Made by a program: the position numbers and the translations under genes. The notes beneath the pieces are model-generated. The model saw nothing but the letters and a program-made list of their open reading frames with translations. It searched no databases and had not been told where the DNA came from. Of a DNA stretch of 35,620 bases, positions 9,322-17,933 are shown piece after piece. Source of the stretch: a virus (Duplodnaviria; Caudoviricetes); IMG/VR virus record IMGVR_UViG_3300032162_000004, positions 1-35,620 of that record, one strand, 5' to 3'. Each line of letters begins with the position of its first letter. Positions within the stretch are counted from its first letter, which is position 1.

Positions 9322-10019
9322 CAGGCAAACCCGCCGATCTTGCCGTTGTTTCCAGTGCCCGCAAACGGATCGGTCGCGCCGATGCCCAGCAAGTCGTTGA
9401 ACTTGCCGTTATTAAGTGCGGTGTTAACCGTGCCGCCCAGGCTATTCGCCACGTTCCCGTAAATGCTCGCTTGTGTGCCGGCGGCATTACCGTTCGCGTT
9501 CGCCTGCTGGTTTGTGCTGCCAGACAGCACGCCGTTATAGATGGCCGTTGCCTGGTTATCCAGGCCGGCGCCCTGCAGGCCCATGCCTGACAGCGAGTTA
9601 AGCCGCCCGAAATACTGACCGAAATCCTGATTGGCGAGGTTGCTGCCCAGCGTCTCTTCCGCTTTCAGCGTGGCCCCTGAACGCAGCATCCCGCGCGATG
9701 CAGCTCCGGCATCCACGCCCTTGAGGCCCTGCTGCACCTGGTAGGCATAGCCCGGCGATGCCTGGAAGGTGGCCATGGCAGCGGCCCCGGCGTCCGGTCC
9801 GCCCAACCCCAAAAGCGCGTTCTGCTGCGTGAGTGCGCCCTGGCCCGTCGAGATGTAGGGCTGCACGTTGGCGCGGTCGTTCGTGTAGTTCTGCCCGGCA
9901 ATCTGCCGCGCCTGCCGCTGCAGTGCGGCATTCTCAGAATTGGCGCCGTCCACAGCGCCCGATTGCAGCGCGCCGCCGATCAGGCTGGCCGCACCGGAGA
10001 AGACTGCACCCCACGGCAT
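9321..10019 (-). CDS. DNA transfer / pilot protein, P22 gp7-like
   Basis: Gly/Ala N-terminus; motifs QPYISTG, SPGYAYQVQQG and AASRGMLRSGATLKA; first of three ejection genes. Confidence 0.8.
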   Translation of the reverse strand: MPWGAVFSGAASLIGGALQSGAVDGANSENAALQRQARQIAGQNYTNDRANVQPYISTGQGALTQQNALLGLGGPDAGAAAMATFQASPGYAYQVQQGLKGVDAGAASRGMLRSGATLKAEETLGSNLANQDFGQYFGRLNSLSGMGLQGAGLDNQATAIYNGVLSGSTNQQANANGNAAGTQASIYGNVANSLGGTVNTALNNGKFNDLLGIGATDPFAGTGNNGKIGGFA

Positions 10020-10354
10020 CAGGCGACGTCCAACGTGTGTATTTCGTGGATTGGCAGGCTGCCGTTCTCATCCAGCCGATGCACGCACAGCACGGTTGCC
10101 CGCTCAAGCGCCAGAAACAAGTGCTTGGCGCGCGCCTTAATGACGATGCCGGCCGGCGCCATGAAATCGCCCATCAGTTTGCCATCCTGCCACACACGCA
10201 CCGAACCCGTTGCGATTACGGACAAATGTTCCATGTCGTGGCTGTGCTGGGGTATATAGGTCCCGGCCTGAAACACGGCGGTCTTGACGAACAGCCCTTC
10301 GCAAAGGGTGATGTCCGTCGCAATCGGCTGATCCGCCAGCTTGGTGAGCTGCAT
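10019..10354 (-). CDS. Cupin-fold protein
   Basis: IPQHSHDMEHLSVIATGSV...KHLF cupin motif; ATG at 10354 forms a TGATG overlap, so shorter than the ORF-track call. Confidence 0.75.
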   Translation of the reverse strand: MQLTKLADQPIATDITLCEGLFVKTAVFQAGTYIPQHSHDMEHLSVIATGSVRVWQDGKLMGDFMAPAGIVIKARAKHLFLALERATVLCVHRLDENGSLPIHEIHTLDVA

Positions 10355-10692
10355 CACGAGGCCCTTACAAAAGTCTGCTGCGCCGGGATGCCAGCGCTGT
10401 TGCCATCCAACGATGGGATGCTCGGCAACCGCGCGCTCGTGGCTGGCGGCGTCTGGCCGGGCGCCAGCAGCGGAACCAAGTCGGGATAATCCGCCCGCTG
10501 GATCTGACGACCGTCGCACAGCAACCAGCTCTTGCCGAGGTCCGTGCGCGCGGTTTGCCGATAGTCCCCGACCTGCCAATCCGCCGCGTGCGCCTGCTTG
10601 GCCAGCGCTGACATGAACTTGGTCCATGCCTGCGATGCCTGCCCGCCGCCGTCCGCCAGGGTGGCATTCTGCGGCGGGACTAGGCTTTTCAC
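10354..10692 (-). CDS. Small phage tail-collar-domain protein
   Basis: VGDYR...WLLCDGRQIQRADYPDL...RLP matches the tail collar motif; GTGA overlap with the upstream gene. Confidence 0.75.
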   Translation of the reverse strand: MKSLVPPQNATLADGGGQASQAWTKFMSALAKQAHAADWQVGDYRQTARTDLGKSWLLCDGRQIQRADYPDLVPLLAPGQTPPATSARLPSIPSLDGNSAGIPAQQTFVRAS

Positions 10693-12098
10693 CCGGCAAC
10701 ACCGGTCAACTGCGCATCCACGCCGTAGATCACGGCCCGGTTGCGCAGCGTCAGACGCAGGCTACGCTGCCGGAAGCTGCCGAGCCGATCCGTGAATACC
10801 CGGCGGCGATGCTCAAATCCGGTGCCTGACGACATGACCCGCTGCGGCCCATAGGTGAACCCGCCATCATCGGACCAGTCCAGCGTCACGTCGCCCGTGC
10901 TGCCCGTCTCCATCTCCACCTCAAGCCGGTGCAAGAAGCCGCGGCCGGCATCGGCCCACAGTGGCGGGAGTATCACCATGCGCTCCACGAGCTCCCCGGC
11001 ATCCGTGCCGAGCGACGGGTCCGGCGACCAAACTTGGCCGGTTCGATAGTCGCCAAACAGCACAATGTCCGAGCGCAGCACCGCGCATTGTGGACGCCAT
11101 CGCCCATTGCCGTTCACGTCACTGCTACGGTCGTGCCAGAGCTTGGTCGCCACGTCGTAGACCACCGTCCGGCCGGCAAACGTCAGCGCGTAGAAGATGT
11201 GCCCGTCCTGCGAGTAGGTCAGCGCCGCGACGACCGATGGCGCACTCTCGGACCGGATCAGCGCCTCAATGGAATGCGTGCTGACGCGCCGGCCCTGATA
11301 GCCGTCTGACCGATACACGATGCAATCCGTACCCACCCACCACACGCTGCCGTCCGCTTGGGCAACGCCGCGGGGAGAGGCTGATCCGTAAGGGACGACG
11401 CCGCCCGGCTGCGGTGCGAAAGGAAACCCGGGGCCGGGGTCAATCACGACAGCCCAGACCTGCACGCCGGCCTCGCCCAGCATCCACAGGTCGCCTCGAT
11501 GCGCCATCACGCGGCGGACCACGTTCGGCAGGGCATCGCTGTATGCGAAATCGAAGGCGTCGTAGGTCGTGGGGTCCAGCAACTGACTGCTGAAAAACCT
11601 GGTGTCGTTGTCTGCGCCCGTGAACACGAAGTAGCCGGCCAGGTAGGCCACGCTCGCGGCCCCTGGGAAGTTGCCGCCGATCTGGTGCAGCACAAGGTCG
11701 GAATGCCCAGCCACATAGGCTCGTGGCGGCATGCACACCACGATGGCGGTCGGCCCTACAGCGATGGTGATCAGGTGCAGGCTGTCCGTGATGCCGACCG
11801 AGCCAAGGTTGATCGGAACGCCCGTGGGTTCCGACCGATACAGCGTGCCGCCAGACACGACGTAGAGCCTGCCCGGCAGGTCATCGTTCATTGCCCAGAT
11901 CGGCCCGGTGCCGTAGGTCGCGGCCAAGGCAAGCCCGGGCGTGGACAGCAGCGCCACGTCGCTGCGCGCGTCCGACGGCTCCTGCTCAGCAAAAAAATTA
12001 AGCAACCTTTTGGTTGTCAGCGGCGGCGAAAGATGCTGGTAGCTGTCCGTCGCCAGCGGCAGACGGCGCAGCGTGCGCGGAGAGGGTGCTTGGGCCAT
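10689..12098 (-). CDS. Packaged DNA stabilization / tail nozzle protein, P22 gp10-like
   Basis: LLSTPGL, TYSQDGHIFY, YDVATKLWH, WSDDGGFTY and RLGSFRQR; beta-propeller-like; about 470 aa. Confidence 0.88.
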   Translation of the reverse strand: MAQAPSPRTLRRLPLATDSYQHLSPPLTTKRLLNFFAEQEPSDARSDVALLSTPGLALAATYGTGPIWAMNDDLPGRLYVVSGGTLYRSEPTGVPINLGSVGITDSLHLITIAVGPTAIVVCMPPRAYVAGHSDLVLHQIGGNFPGAASVAYLAGYFVFTGADNDTRFFSSQLLDPTTYDAFDFAYSDALPNVVRRVMAHRGDLWMLGEAGVQVWAVVIDPGPGFPFAPQPGGVVPYGSASPRGVAQADGSVWWVGTDCIVYRSDGYQGRRVSTHSIEALIRSESAPSVVAALTYSQDGHIFYALTFAGRTVVYDVATKLWHDRSSDVNGNGRWRPQCAVLRSDIVLFGDYRTGQVWSPDPSLGTDAGELVERMVILPPLWADAGRGFLHRLEVEMETGSTGDVTLDWSDDGGFTYGPQRVMSSGTGFEHRRRVFTDRLGSFRQRSLRLTLRNRAVIYGVDAQLTGVAG

Positions 12099-12164
12099 CT
12101 AGTTGCCCTGGACGCCGGTCTGCCACCAGCGCACCCCCCAGCGAGTGGTAAGCGTGGAAGGCAT
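12099..12164 (-). CDS. Candidate 21-aa coupled mini-ORF
   Basis: TAATG overlap upstream; its TAG abuts the gp10-like ATG; MPSTLTTRWGVRWWQTGVQGN. Confidence 0.35.
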   Translation of the reverse strand: MPSTLTTRWGVRWWQTGVQGN

Positions 12165-13591
12165 TATTGCGACCCTCCGCCAACAATGTTACCGATGCCA
12201 GCGTTGGAGACATTGGTCGTCACGTTTCGGTAAGCATTGGCCTGCACGGTGACGCCGCTTGTCCCAGGCTCCAGAGCGACACCATAAGTCAGGTTGACAA
12301 AGGTATTACCCGTGATGATGCCGGCGTTAAGGGCGTCGTTCGCAACCAAGTGAACACCCGTCGCATCATTGGAAAACTGTTCGCCCGCGCCGAATAGGAT
12401 GCCCACAAAGTGATTGCCGGTAATGCTCACGCTATGGTTGCCGCCGCTGAACACACCTTGCTGAGTGCTCGGCAGGAATATGATGTTGTCGTGAACGCCG
12501 AGCCGCATAACGCCAGCCCGCAAGAATATCTGATAGCGCGCCGTGTTTAACTGGCTGTTCGAGATCGTCAGCTCGTCGGTATTGACCGAATCCAACTCCT
12601 GATAAATGCCAAACTGGCCAAGGGTAAAATTGAGTTTGTCGAGCTGATACCCCTGCGACCAAGTTCCGATCTTGATGCCATAACCCAGGTTCCAGAACCC
12701 AGACCGGGTGACGTTGAACACGGCAGCCAGGCATCCGCTCGGGTAGGCAGCGCCAGGCGCAGTTCCTTCCAGCAACATGCCGATCCCGGTTTCGTTCGGG
12801 TTGGTAAACACTGCCGGGTCAGCGTCGGTGATGTTCATGCCGTCCACGTCGATGAAGCTGACGTTGGTCGCATGGACGCCCATCCGCCAAAACTGTGTCG
12901 GGCCGCTCATCTGGAAACGGCCGGTGCCCATCATGGACACGTCGCGAATTTCGGAATGGTAGGGCGTGCCGGGGCAGGCGCTAGACCCCGCATTGGAAAA
13001 GTCGTTCGTCGCCGTGATGGCGTCTGCCGTGCCGGCCTGCGCGGTCAGCAGCGTCATCCGCTCGACGGCAAAGCTGTGATGATCGGAATGCTCGGCAAAC
13101 AGGATGCCACCGGTTGTGCCCGTCCAAAACAGCGACGTGCCAGCCGAGCCGATGCCGCGGATGATGGCGCGGTGCGTGCCCGTGGTCGGAAACGGCCATG
13201 AAAGCTGAGCGTCGAACTTGTAGATGCCCGCGCCGAACTGCACACAGCCTTGGCGCGGCGCCGCAATCGCTGCCACGGTGGCAAATGCCGTGTCGCTCGC
13301 AGTCGCGCCGGTCGGATCGGCACCAAACATGTCGATGTTGAGACATGGCTTGTTCGCTGCGTCCCGCAAAGCCATGGCTGTGGCGCTACCAGTCGGCGTC
13401 ACATGCTGGCTGGACACGTCGCCATTGATGCCCTGCTTGGCCGCTAGGCCCCCATCAACGTAACCCTTAGGTGTAGCCTGGGCCGGATCGGTCGGCGTCG
13501 CCACCTTGGGCGATGGCAGATTTTGGGCTTGCGCCAGCAATGGCAGCAACAGCGCCAGCGTTGCGAGCGTGGGGACCGTCACGATACGCAT
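12164..13591 (-). CDS. Right-handed beta-helix (pectate-lyase-like) tailspike/depolymerase with an apparent signal peptide
   Basis: NIDMFGADPTGATASDTAF...FGAGIY start motif; ITGNxF repeats; ATPKGYVD neck motif; hydrophobic N-terminus ending AQA. Confidence 0.8.
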   Translation of the reverse strand: MRIVTVPTLATLALLLPLLAQAQNLPSPKVATPTDPAQATPKGYVDGGLAAKQGINGDVSSQHVTPTGSATAMALRDAANKPCLNIDMFGADPTGATASDTAFATVAAIAAPRQGCVQFGAGIYKFDAQLSWPFPTTGTHRAIIRGIGSAGTSLFWTGTTGGILFAEHSDHHSFAVERMTLLTAQAGTADAITATNDFSNAGSSACPGTPYHSEIRDVSMMGTGRFQMSGPTQFWRMGVHATNVSFIDVDGMNITDADPAVFTNPNETGIGMLLEGTAPGAAYPSGCLAAVFNVTRSGFWNLGYGIKIGTWSQGYQLDKLNFTLGQFGIYQELDSVNTDELTISNSQLNTARYQIFLRAGVMRLGVHDNIIFLPSTQQGVFSGGNHSVSITGNHFVGILFGAGEQFSNDATGVHLVANDALNAGIITGNTFVNLTYGVALEPGTSGVTVQANAYRNVTTNVSNAGIGNIVGGGSQ

Positions 13592-13785
13592 ACGAATCCA
13601 CCGTTATTCCATGGCAGGCCGGGCGTGGTTGGCTGGGCTTTGGGCAAAACTGAGAGATCAGTTGCAACAAGCAACGCTGCAAATTGCGGCACTTGCACAA
13701 ACTGCGCAAAGATCGCGCTCAGCTCGGCCGCCGTCAGCTTGTGGGCGTTAGGCGACGGAAGGTCGATGAGGGGAATAATGCTCAT
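13579..13785 (-). CDS. Small tail-associated protein
   Basis: ATGA overlap; C-terminal LPKAQPTTPGLPWNNGGFVCVS; N-terminus shared with 13971..14906. Confidence 0.7.
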   Translation of the reverse strand: MSIIPLIDLPSPNAHKLTAAELSAIFAQFVQVPQFAALLVATDLSVLPKAQPTTPGLPWNNGGFVCVS

Positions 13786-13967
13786 GCAGGATTTCCCAAA
13801 CAGGACGGCGCGGCGACGGGTGGAACAGCGGCATCGGCGTCGGTTGCGGCCTTGCTGATGGCAGCACGGATACCGTCCACAATGTGCGCGACCTCGCGGT
13901 AAGGCCGTTCAACCAAATAGGCACCAATTTGCTGCATGAGGGCGCCTGGCAAGGTCACGTCGTCCAT
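13782..13967 (-). CDS. Small helical protein, possible fibre chaperone
   Basis: YLVERPYREVAHIVDGIR; directly follows a fibre-like gene. Confidence 0.6.
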   Translation of the reverse strand: MDDVTLPGALMQQIGAYLVERPYREVAHIVDGIRAAISKAATDADAAVPPVAAPSCLGNPA

Positions 13968-13970
13968 GCC

Positions 13971-14906
13971 CTAAACGGTCCTGATTTTTAGAAAGCCATC
14001 CGGCGTCACGTATACGCGGCTGACTGGCAATCCAGCGGCTACTGCGGCAGCTTGATCCGCCAGTGCCGGCAGACCAAACACGTCCAGGCCGGCATTGGCT
14101 GATAACCGGCCAAAGGTCGTGATCCCCACGCATTCAATATGGTCATCATAAAGCGTAAAGGCGACGTTTCGACTCGGACCTTGCAGAACGACGCCGGCAT
14201 TCGCGAAGATGAGTGCTCCGCCCCCGCTCGGCAAAGTGACATCGGACCGAATTTCGGAAATCAAATGCCCGCTGACCGGTTCGCGCCAGCCTACCGTGTA
14301 GCCGGATGGCATATCCACTGCAATTTGCGTGGCCAAGCTGTCAGCGCCGAAGATGATGCCTTCAAGGAATTGGCACGCTTTGCTTGCGTTAACCGTCATG
14401 ACGGAACTGACGTTCGTCCCATAGCCCAGATCGGGCCGCCCGGCGCTGGCCCAGTAGGCGGTGGTGAAGCCGGGCATGATGGGGTTATAAGAGGTCGTTT
14501 GCACCACGTTGCCAGCGTTGGCAACGTTGACCTCAATGCCTTGAGTGTAGCCAGTGATCCCGGCATCGCGGCGGGCTTCGATATAACCGCCGTAGGCCGT
14601 TTGTACTTGTGCTATGTTGTTGTTGATCGAGAAGCTGCCAAAGGCAAAAGCTCCCTGGCTCCCGCTTTGAGTATTATCGCTTGTCCGAGTGGCAAACACC
14701 GCTGCGGCATGACCAACTTGGGACTGAAATGTTGCGGTATTACCCGGCCCGCCCAGCCCAGGAACGCTGGCAAGCCAGTTGCCCCCCACGATGGCGTTGG
14801 GTACGCCGGTTCGCACATCTTGATCGCCTAGGAGTTTCATGAACTCGGTCGCCGTCAGCTTATGCGCGCCTGGCGTTGGTAAATCCACGATGGCAATAGA
14901 AGTCAT
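13971..14906 (-). CDS. Tail fibre / spike-like protein
   Basis: Beta-rich Gly/Ala/Asn composition; C-terminal AAAVAAGLPVSRVYVTPDGFLKIR; lies in the tail module. Confidence 0.65.
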   Translation of the reverse strand: MTSIAIVDLPTPGAHKLTATEFMKLLGDQDVRTGVPNAIVGGNWLASVPGLGGPGNTATFQSQVGHAAAVFATRTSDNTQSGSQGAFAFGSFSINNNIAQVQTAYGGYIEARRDAGITGYTQGIEVNVANAGNVVQTTSYNPIMPGFTTAYWASAGRPDLGYGTNVSSVMTVNASKACQFLEGIIFGADSLATQIAVDMPSGYTVGWREPVSGHLISEIRSDVTLPSGGGALIFANAGVVLQGPSRNVAFTLYDDHIECVGITTFGRLSANAGLDVFGLPALADQAAAVAAGLPVSRVYVTPDGFLKIRTV

Positions 14907-14912
14907 GCTACG

Positions 14913-15599
14913 TCACCCTAACCGGAACTGGCCAAGCAGGCCCTGACCAAGGATGGTCGTGGGGAGTATGGCGACATTGTCGAACAGCCCGATGCCAGGC
15001 CCGCCGATGGCAGGGTCTGGCACTCCAATGCCGAATTGCGGGTCCAGGCCCAGGTTATCAAGCAATCCGATACCAAGGCCACCCAGCGCCGGGTCAAGCG
15101 CGCCGATGCCATCCAGCAGCAGGCCCGCCGGCAGCCGCGGCAGCACGATGCCACCGCGCACATCCAACAGCCCACGGGCGATAATGGCACCGCCACCTGC
15201 ACCGTCCAGCGACAGCAGCATCTCGTATCGGCCAGACCAGCAGCCTGTGACCTCGCGCGGCATCGTCACCTGCGCCGTGCCCAGCAGCGGGTCGATCGGC
15301 GTTGCGGCGGCCTGCCACAGGATGCGGTGCGGCTCAGTCAGCCAGCCCAAGCCATAGTCGCAGTGGGCGCCGTAGCCGTAGCCAGCGCCGTAGCTGCTCG
15401 GCCATGCGCCGCCGTGCATCACAGTGGCGGTCAGGACGCATTGCGTCAGGTCCAGCGCGTTGCCGGCGGTGTCGAAAATCGTGAGCGCCAGGGTGATGTC
15501 ATCGCCGCGCGAAATGGCGAGGTTGCGGACCGGCATCCGCAACGGTGACGCGCGGGTGATCTCAATTGCGAAGGGGATCAGGGTGCCGGCGTAGGTCAT
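14913..15599 (-). CDS. Virion protein with a BppU-like Ig-type domain
   Basis: ISRGDDITLALTIFDTAGNALDLT; ATG at 15599 in a TAATG overlap; Gly-Leu-Asp repeats at the C-terminus. Confidence 0.6.
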   Translation of the reverse strand: MTYAGTLIPFAIEITRASPLRMPVRNLAISRGDDITLALTIFDTAGNALDLTQCVLTATVMHGGAWPSSYGAGYGYGAHCDYGLGWLTEPHRILWQAAATPIDPLLGTAQVTMPREVTGCWSGRYEMLLSLDGAGGGAIIARGLLDVRGGIVLPRLPAGLLLDGIGALDPALGGLGIGLLDNLGLDPQFGIGVPDPAIGGPGIGLFDNVAILPTTILGQGLLGQFRLG

Positions 15600-17191
15600 T
15601 AGAAATACGGCACCACGACCGGCCGGCGCAGCGACGGCACTGAGATGCCACGGGTCAGCATCATGTCGCCCATCTGCCACAAGTTCGGATCGGCCTTGAC
15701 CTCGAACTCAGGAGCCAGCAGCGCCGCGGCCATTGAGACGTATGGCTCCTCTGCCCAAACTGGAAGATCGCCTCCGTAGAGGGTCCAGCGCACACGCCCG
15801 CGGGCCTCAAGATCGGCGTGCACCGCCTTAACCTTCTGTTCAGCCAAGGCCTGCCCGAGCGGCCCGCCCATCACCGTGCGGCGGATCCGGCTTTCCATTG
15901 CGGCATACATCTGCAGGTCGAACGGCTTACCAAACTCCGGCCCCATCTGCTGCACGGCAAGGTCGGTCACCGCATCAGCCAAATACGCCGGGATGTGGTC
16001 GGCGTCCCAATCGGCCAGACCCAGCGCGGACAATTCTGACGCAATGGCGCGGACCCGATCCGCAGCCCGCAGCGCCACGCCTGCGATCACCGCAGCCTTG
16101 CGGATGCTGGACTCGGCAGCTTCGTAATCGGCGCGGCTGACTTGCCGGTCCGGCGCATCCTGCCGCACGCCCAGCGCCGGGGCCAAGGTGGCAGAGGCCA
16201 TCGTCACATAGTGCGCGGCATGAGCCACAGGCACGGCGGCCAGCGGCCAGGACACGATGCCCTGCGTCACTAGCGCGTCGTGCGCCGCGGCGACCTCCTG
16301 CTCAGCCAGTGCCTGCCCGCGGTAGCCGGACAGCACGAAGCGCCGTGCGGCTGCCATCGTCGCATCCTGCGCCGCGGGATCGGGCGCTTTGCCGAACACC
16401 GGAGCCAGCAGCGCTGCCGTCATGGAAGCGTAGGCATCGGCCAGGGCCAGCGGTATCGCGTTCAGCAGCCACGTCGCCAGCCCGGCCGACACCAGCATGT
16501 CGTGCACGGTGGCAACGCGGTTCTCGGCACGGGCCTGCGCGACGGGGCCGGTCAGCGCCTGCCGCCGGATCATCTCCAGCGCCTCGGCGTAGGCCTCAGC
16601 GTTGCCCGGCAGGCCGAAATACGGGCCGAGCAGGTGCGCGGTCATGGCGATGTAGTGCGGCGCCACGCTCAGCGGCACGGCAGACAATGGCCACGCCACG
16701 TAGTCAAGCGACACCAGCGCATCGTGCACGGCGACCACCTGTGACGTGGCGAGCGCCTGATCCTCATTTGAGGGCATCTCGTCGGCAGCGGTCACCGTCA
16801 GCTTGGCCAGCGCCTGCTTGGCCAGCGCCGCAAAATCGGTTGCCGCGCCAGACGCCAGGCCAGCCACATCCTGCGGATTGACGCCCAGCAGCAGCAGCGC
16901 ACGCCGGGCCGGGTCAAACGCCGGCACTAGCGAGGTGACGACCTGCGGGCCGGCAGGATTACCACCGAGCGCACGGGCAGTGCGCGTTCCCATCTCGGCC
17001 AGCGTCACCGTGCCGTTGCTCGCCGGCCAGTCGGCAGCCGCCACCGGAACCCCGAGCTGCCGCGCAACCCGGCCCGCCACGTCCTGCGACGTGAGGACCG
17101 GGCCGGCAGCCGCGACCGCAGACGCCGGGATCAGCGCCAAGCCGATCTTGCGGAGCGCGCGGGCGCCGAGTTGTGTGACGGTGGCGGCCAC
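15599..17191 (-). CDS. Head-tail adaptor (P22 gp4-like fold) with five-fold internal amplification
   Basis: Starts TVTQLGARALRKIG; central ALAKLTVTAADEMPSNEDQALA; five copies of H..L......W....P......A..L.P.FG; located after the MCP. Confidence 0.7.
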   Translation of the reverse strand: MAATVTQLGARALRKIGLALIPASAVAAAGPVLTSQDVAGRVARQLGVPVAAADWPASNGTVTLAEMGTRTARALGGNPAGPQVVTSLVPAFDPARRALLLLGVNPQDVAGLASGAATDFAALAKQALAKLTVTAADEMPSNEDQALATSQVVAVHDALVSLDYVAWPLSAVPLSVAPHYIAMTAHLLGPYFGLPGNAEAYAEALEMIRRQALTGPVAQARAENRVATVHDMLVSAGLATWLLNAIPLALADAYASMTAALLAPVFGKAPDPAAQDATMAAARRFVLSGYRGQALAEQEVAAAHDALVTQGIVSWPLAAVPVAHAAHYVTMASATLAPALGVRQDAPDRQVSRADYEAAESSIRKAAVIAGVALRAADRVRAIASELSALGLADWDADHIPAYLADAVTDLAVQQMGPEFGKPFDLQMYAAMESRIRRTVMGGPLGQALAEQKVKAVHADLEARGRVRWTLYGGDLPVWAEEPYVSMAAALLAPEFEVKADPNLWQMGDMMLTRGISVPSLRRPVVVPYF

Positions 17192-17197
17192 GTTGGA

Positions 17198-17596
17198 TTA
17201 GGACTTGGCGGCGGGGGCCGGAGCGGCTGCCGGGGCGGTGGCAGGCTTGGCGTTGGCCGGGCCACCCTCGCCATCCGGCGTCGGCGTGTGCGTCGTGCCA
17301 TGCGCGCCAGCCGCGTCGAACACCGTGACGCCTTCGGCAGGCTTGACACCAGTGGACGGGCCGGACGGATCGTCCGTCTTTTCGGCCAACACGTCGTCGC
17401 GCTGGCGCTTGCCGGTGACGCTGGTGCCATCGGGGCTTTGCCCGTCCGCCTCCTCGCCGCTGGCCTCCAGCTTGCGCTTGGCCTCAATATTGCCGGCGAT
17501 GCTGTCAGCTACCGCGCCGCGCGACGCAGCGCTGGCCTCACGCTTCAGCACGACCTGCGCGCCGTGTTCGGCATGTTCGCCCTTCAACTCAGTCAT
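17198..17596 (-). CDS. Hypothetical low-complexity protein
   Basis: ATGA overlap; charged, disordered-looking composition. Confidence 0.65.
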   Translation of the reverse strand: MTELKGEHAEHGAQVVLKREASAASRGAVADSIAGNIEAKRKLEASGEEADGQSPDGTSVTGKRQRDDVLAEKTDDPSGPSTGVKPAEGVTVFDAAGAHGTTHTPTPDGEGGPANAKPATAPAAAPAPAAKS

Positions 17597-17892
17597 GTGC
17601 GTTTCCCTTTCAGGGTGAGCGTGCCCACGGACAGGACAGGCTCCGGTTCAATTTCGGCTGGCTGATAGCGGCTCTGGAACGGACCATCCGCCAGCACCTC
17701 AAGCAGCCCATCCACACCCCGCACGATCCAAGACAGTTCCGGCAGGGGTTGCAGTCCGTGCATCGTCTGCACGAAAGCGCCCAGCCGGCCTTGGAACGAC
17801 ACCGCCGCCGCAATTTCCAGCGGCAGCGCAGCAAGATTGCTGCGCCACTGATGGGCCTCGACGGCGACGGAGCGAGGCATAAAATCAGGCAT
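17593..17892 (-). CDS. Hypothetical phage protein
   Basis: GGAG RBS; VEAHQW...WIVRGVDG...FQSRYQP pattern recalls small phage proteins. Confidence 0.65.
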   Translation of the reverse strand: MPDFMPRSVAVEAHQWRSNLAALPLEIAAAVSFQGRLGAFVQTMHGLQPLPELSWIVRGVDGLLEVLADGPFQSRYQPAEIEPEPVLSVGTLTLKGKRT

Positions 17893-17901
17893 GGACTCTC
17901 C

Positions 17902-17926
17902 AAACAGGGCCAGGCATCACCGGCCC
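17902..17926 (-). terminator. Weak hairpin/terminator after the capsid gene
   Basis: GGGCCGG-TGATG-CCTGGCCC followed by TGTTT. Confidence 0.3.
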
Positions 17927-17933
17927 CGCCGGA

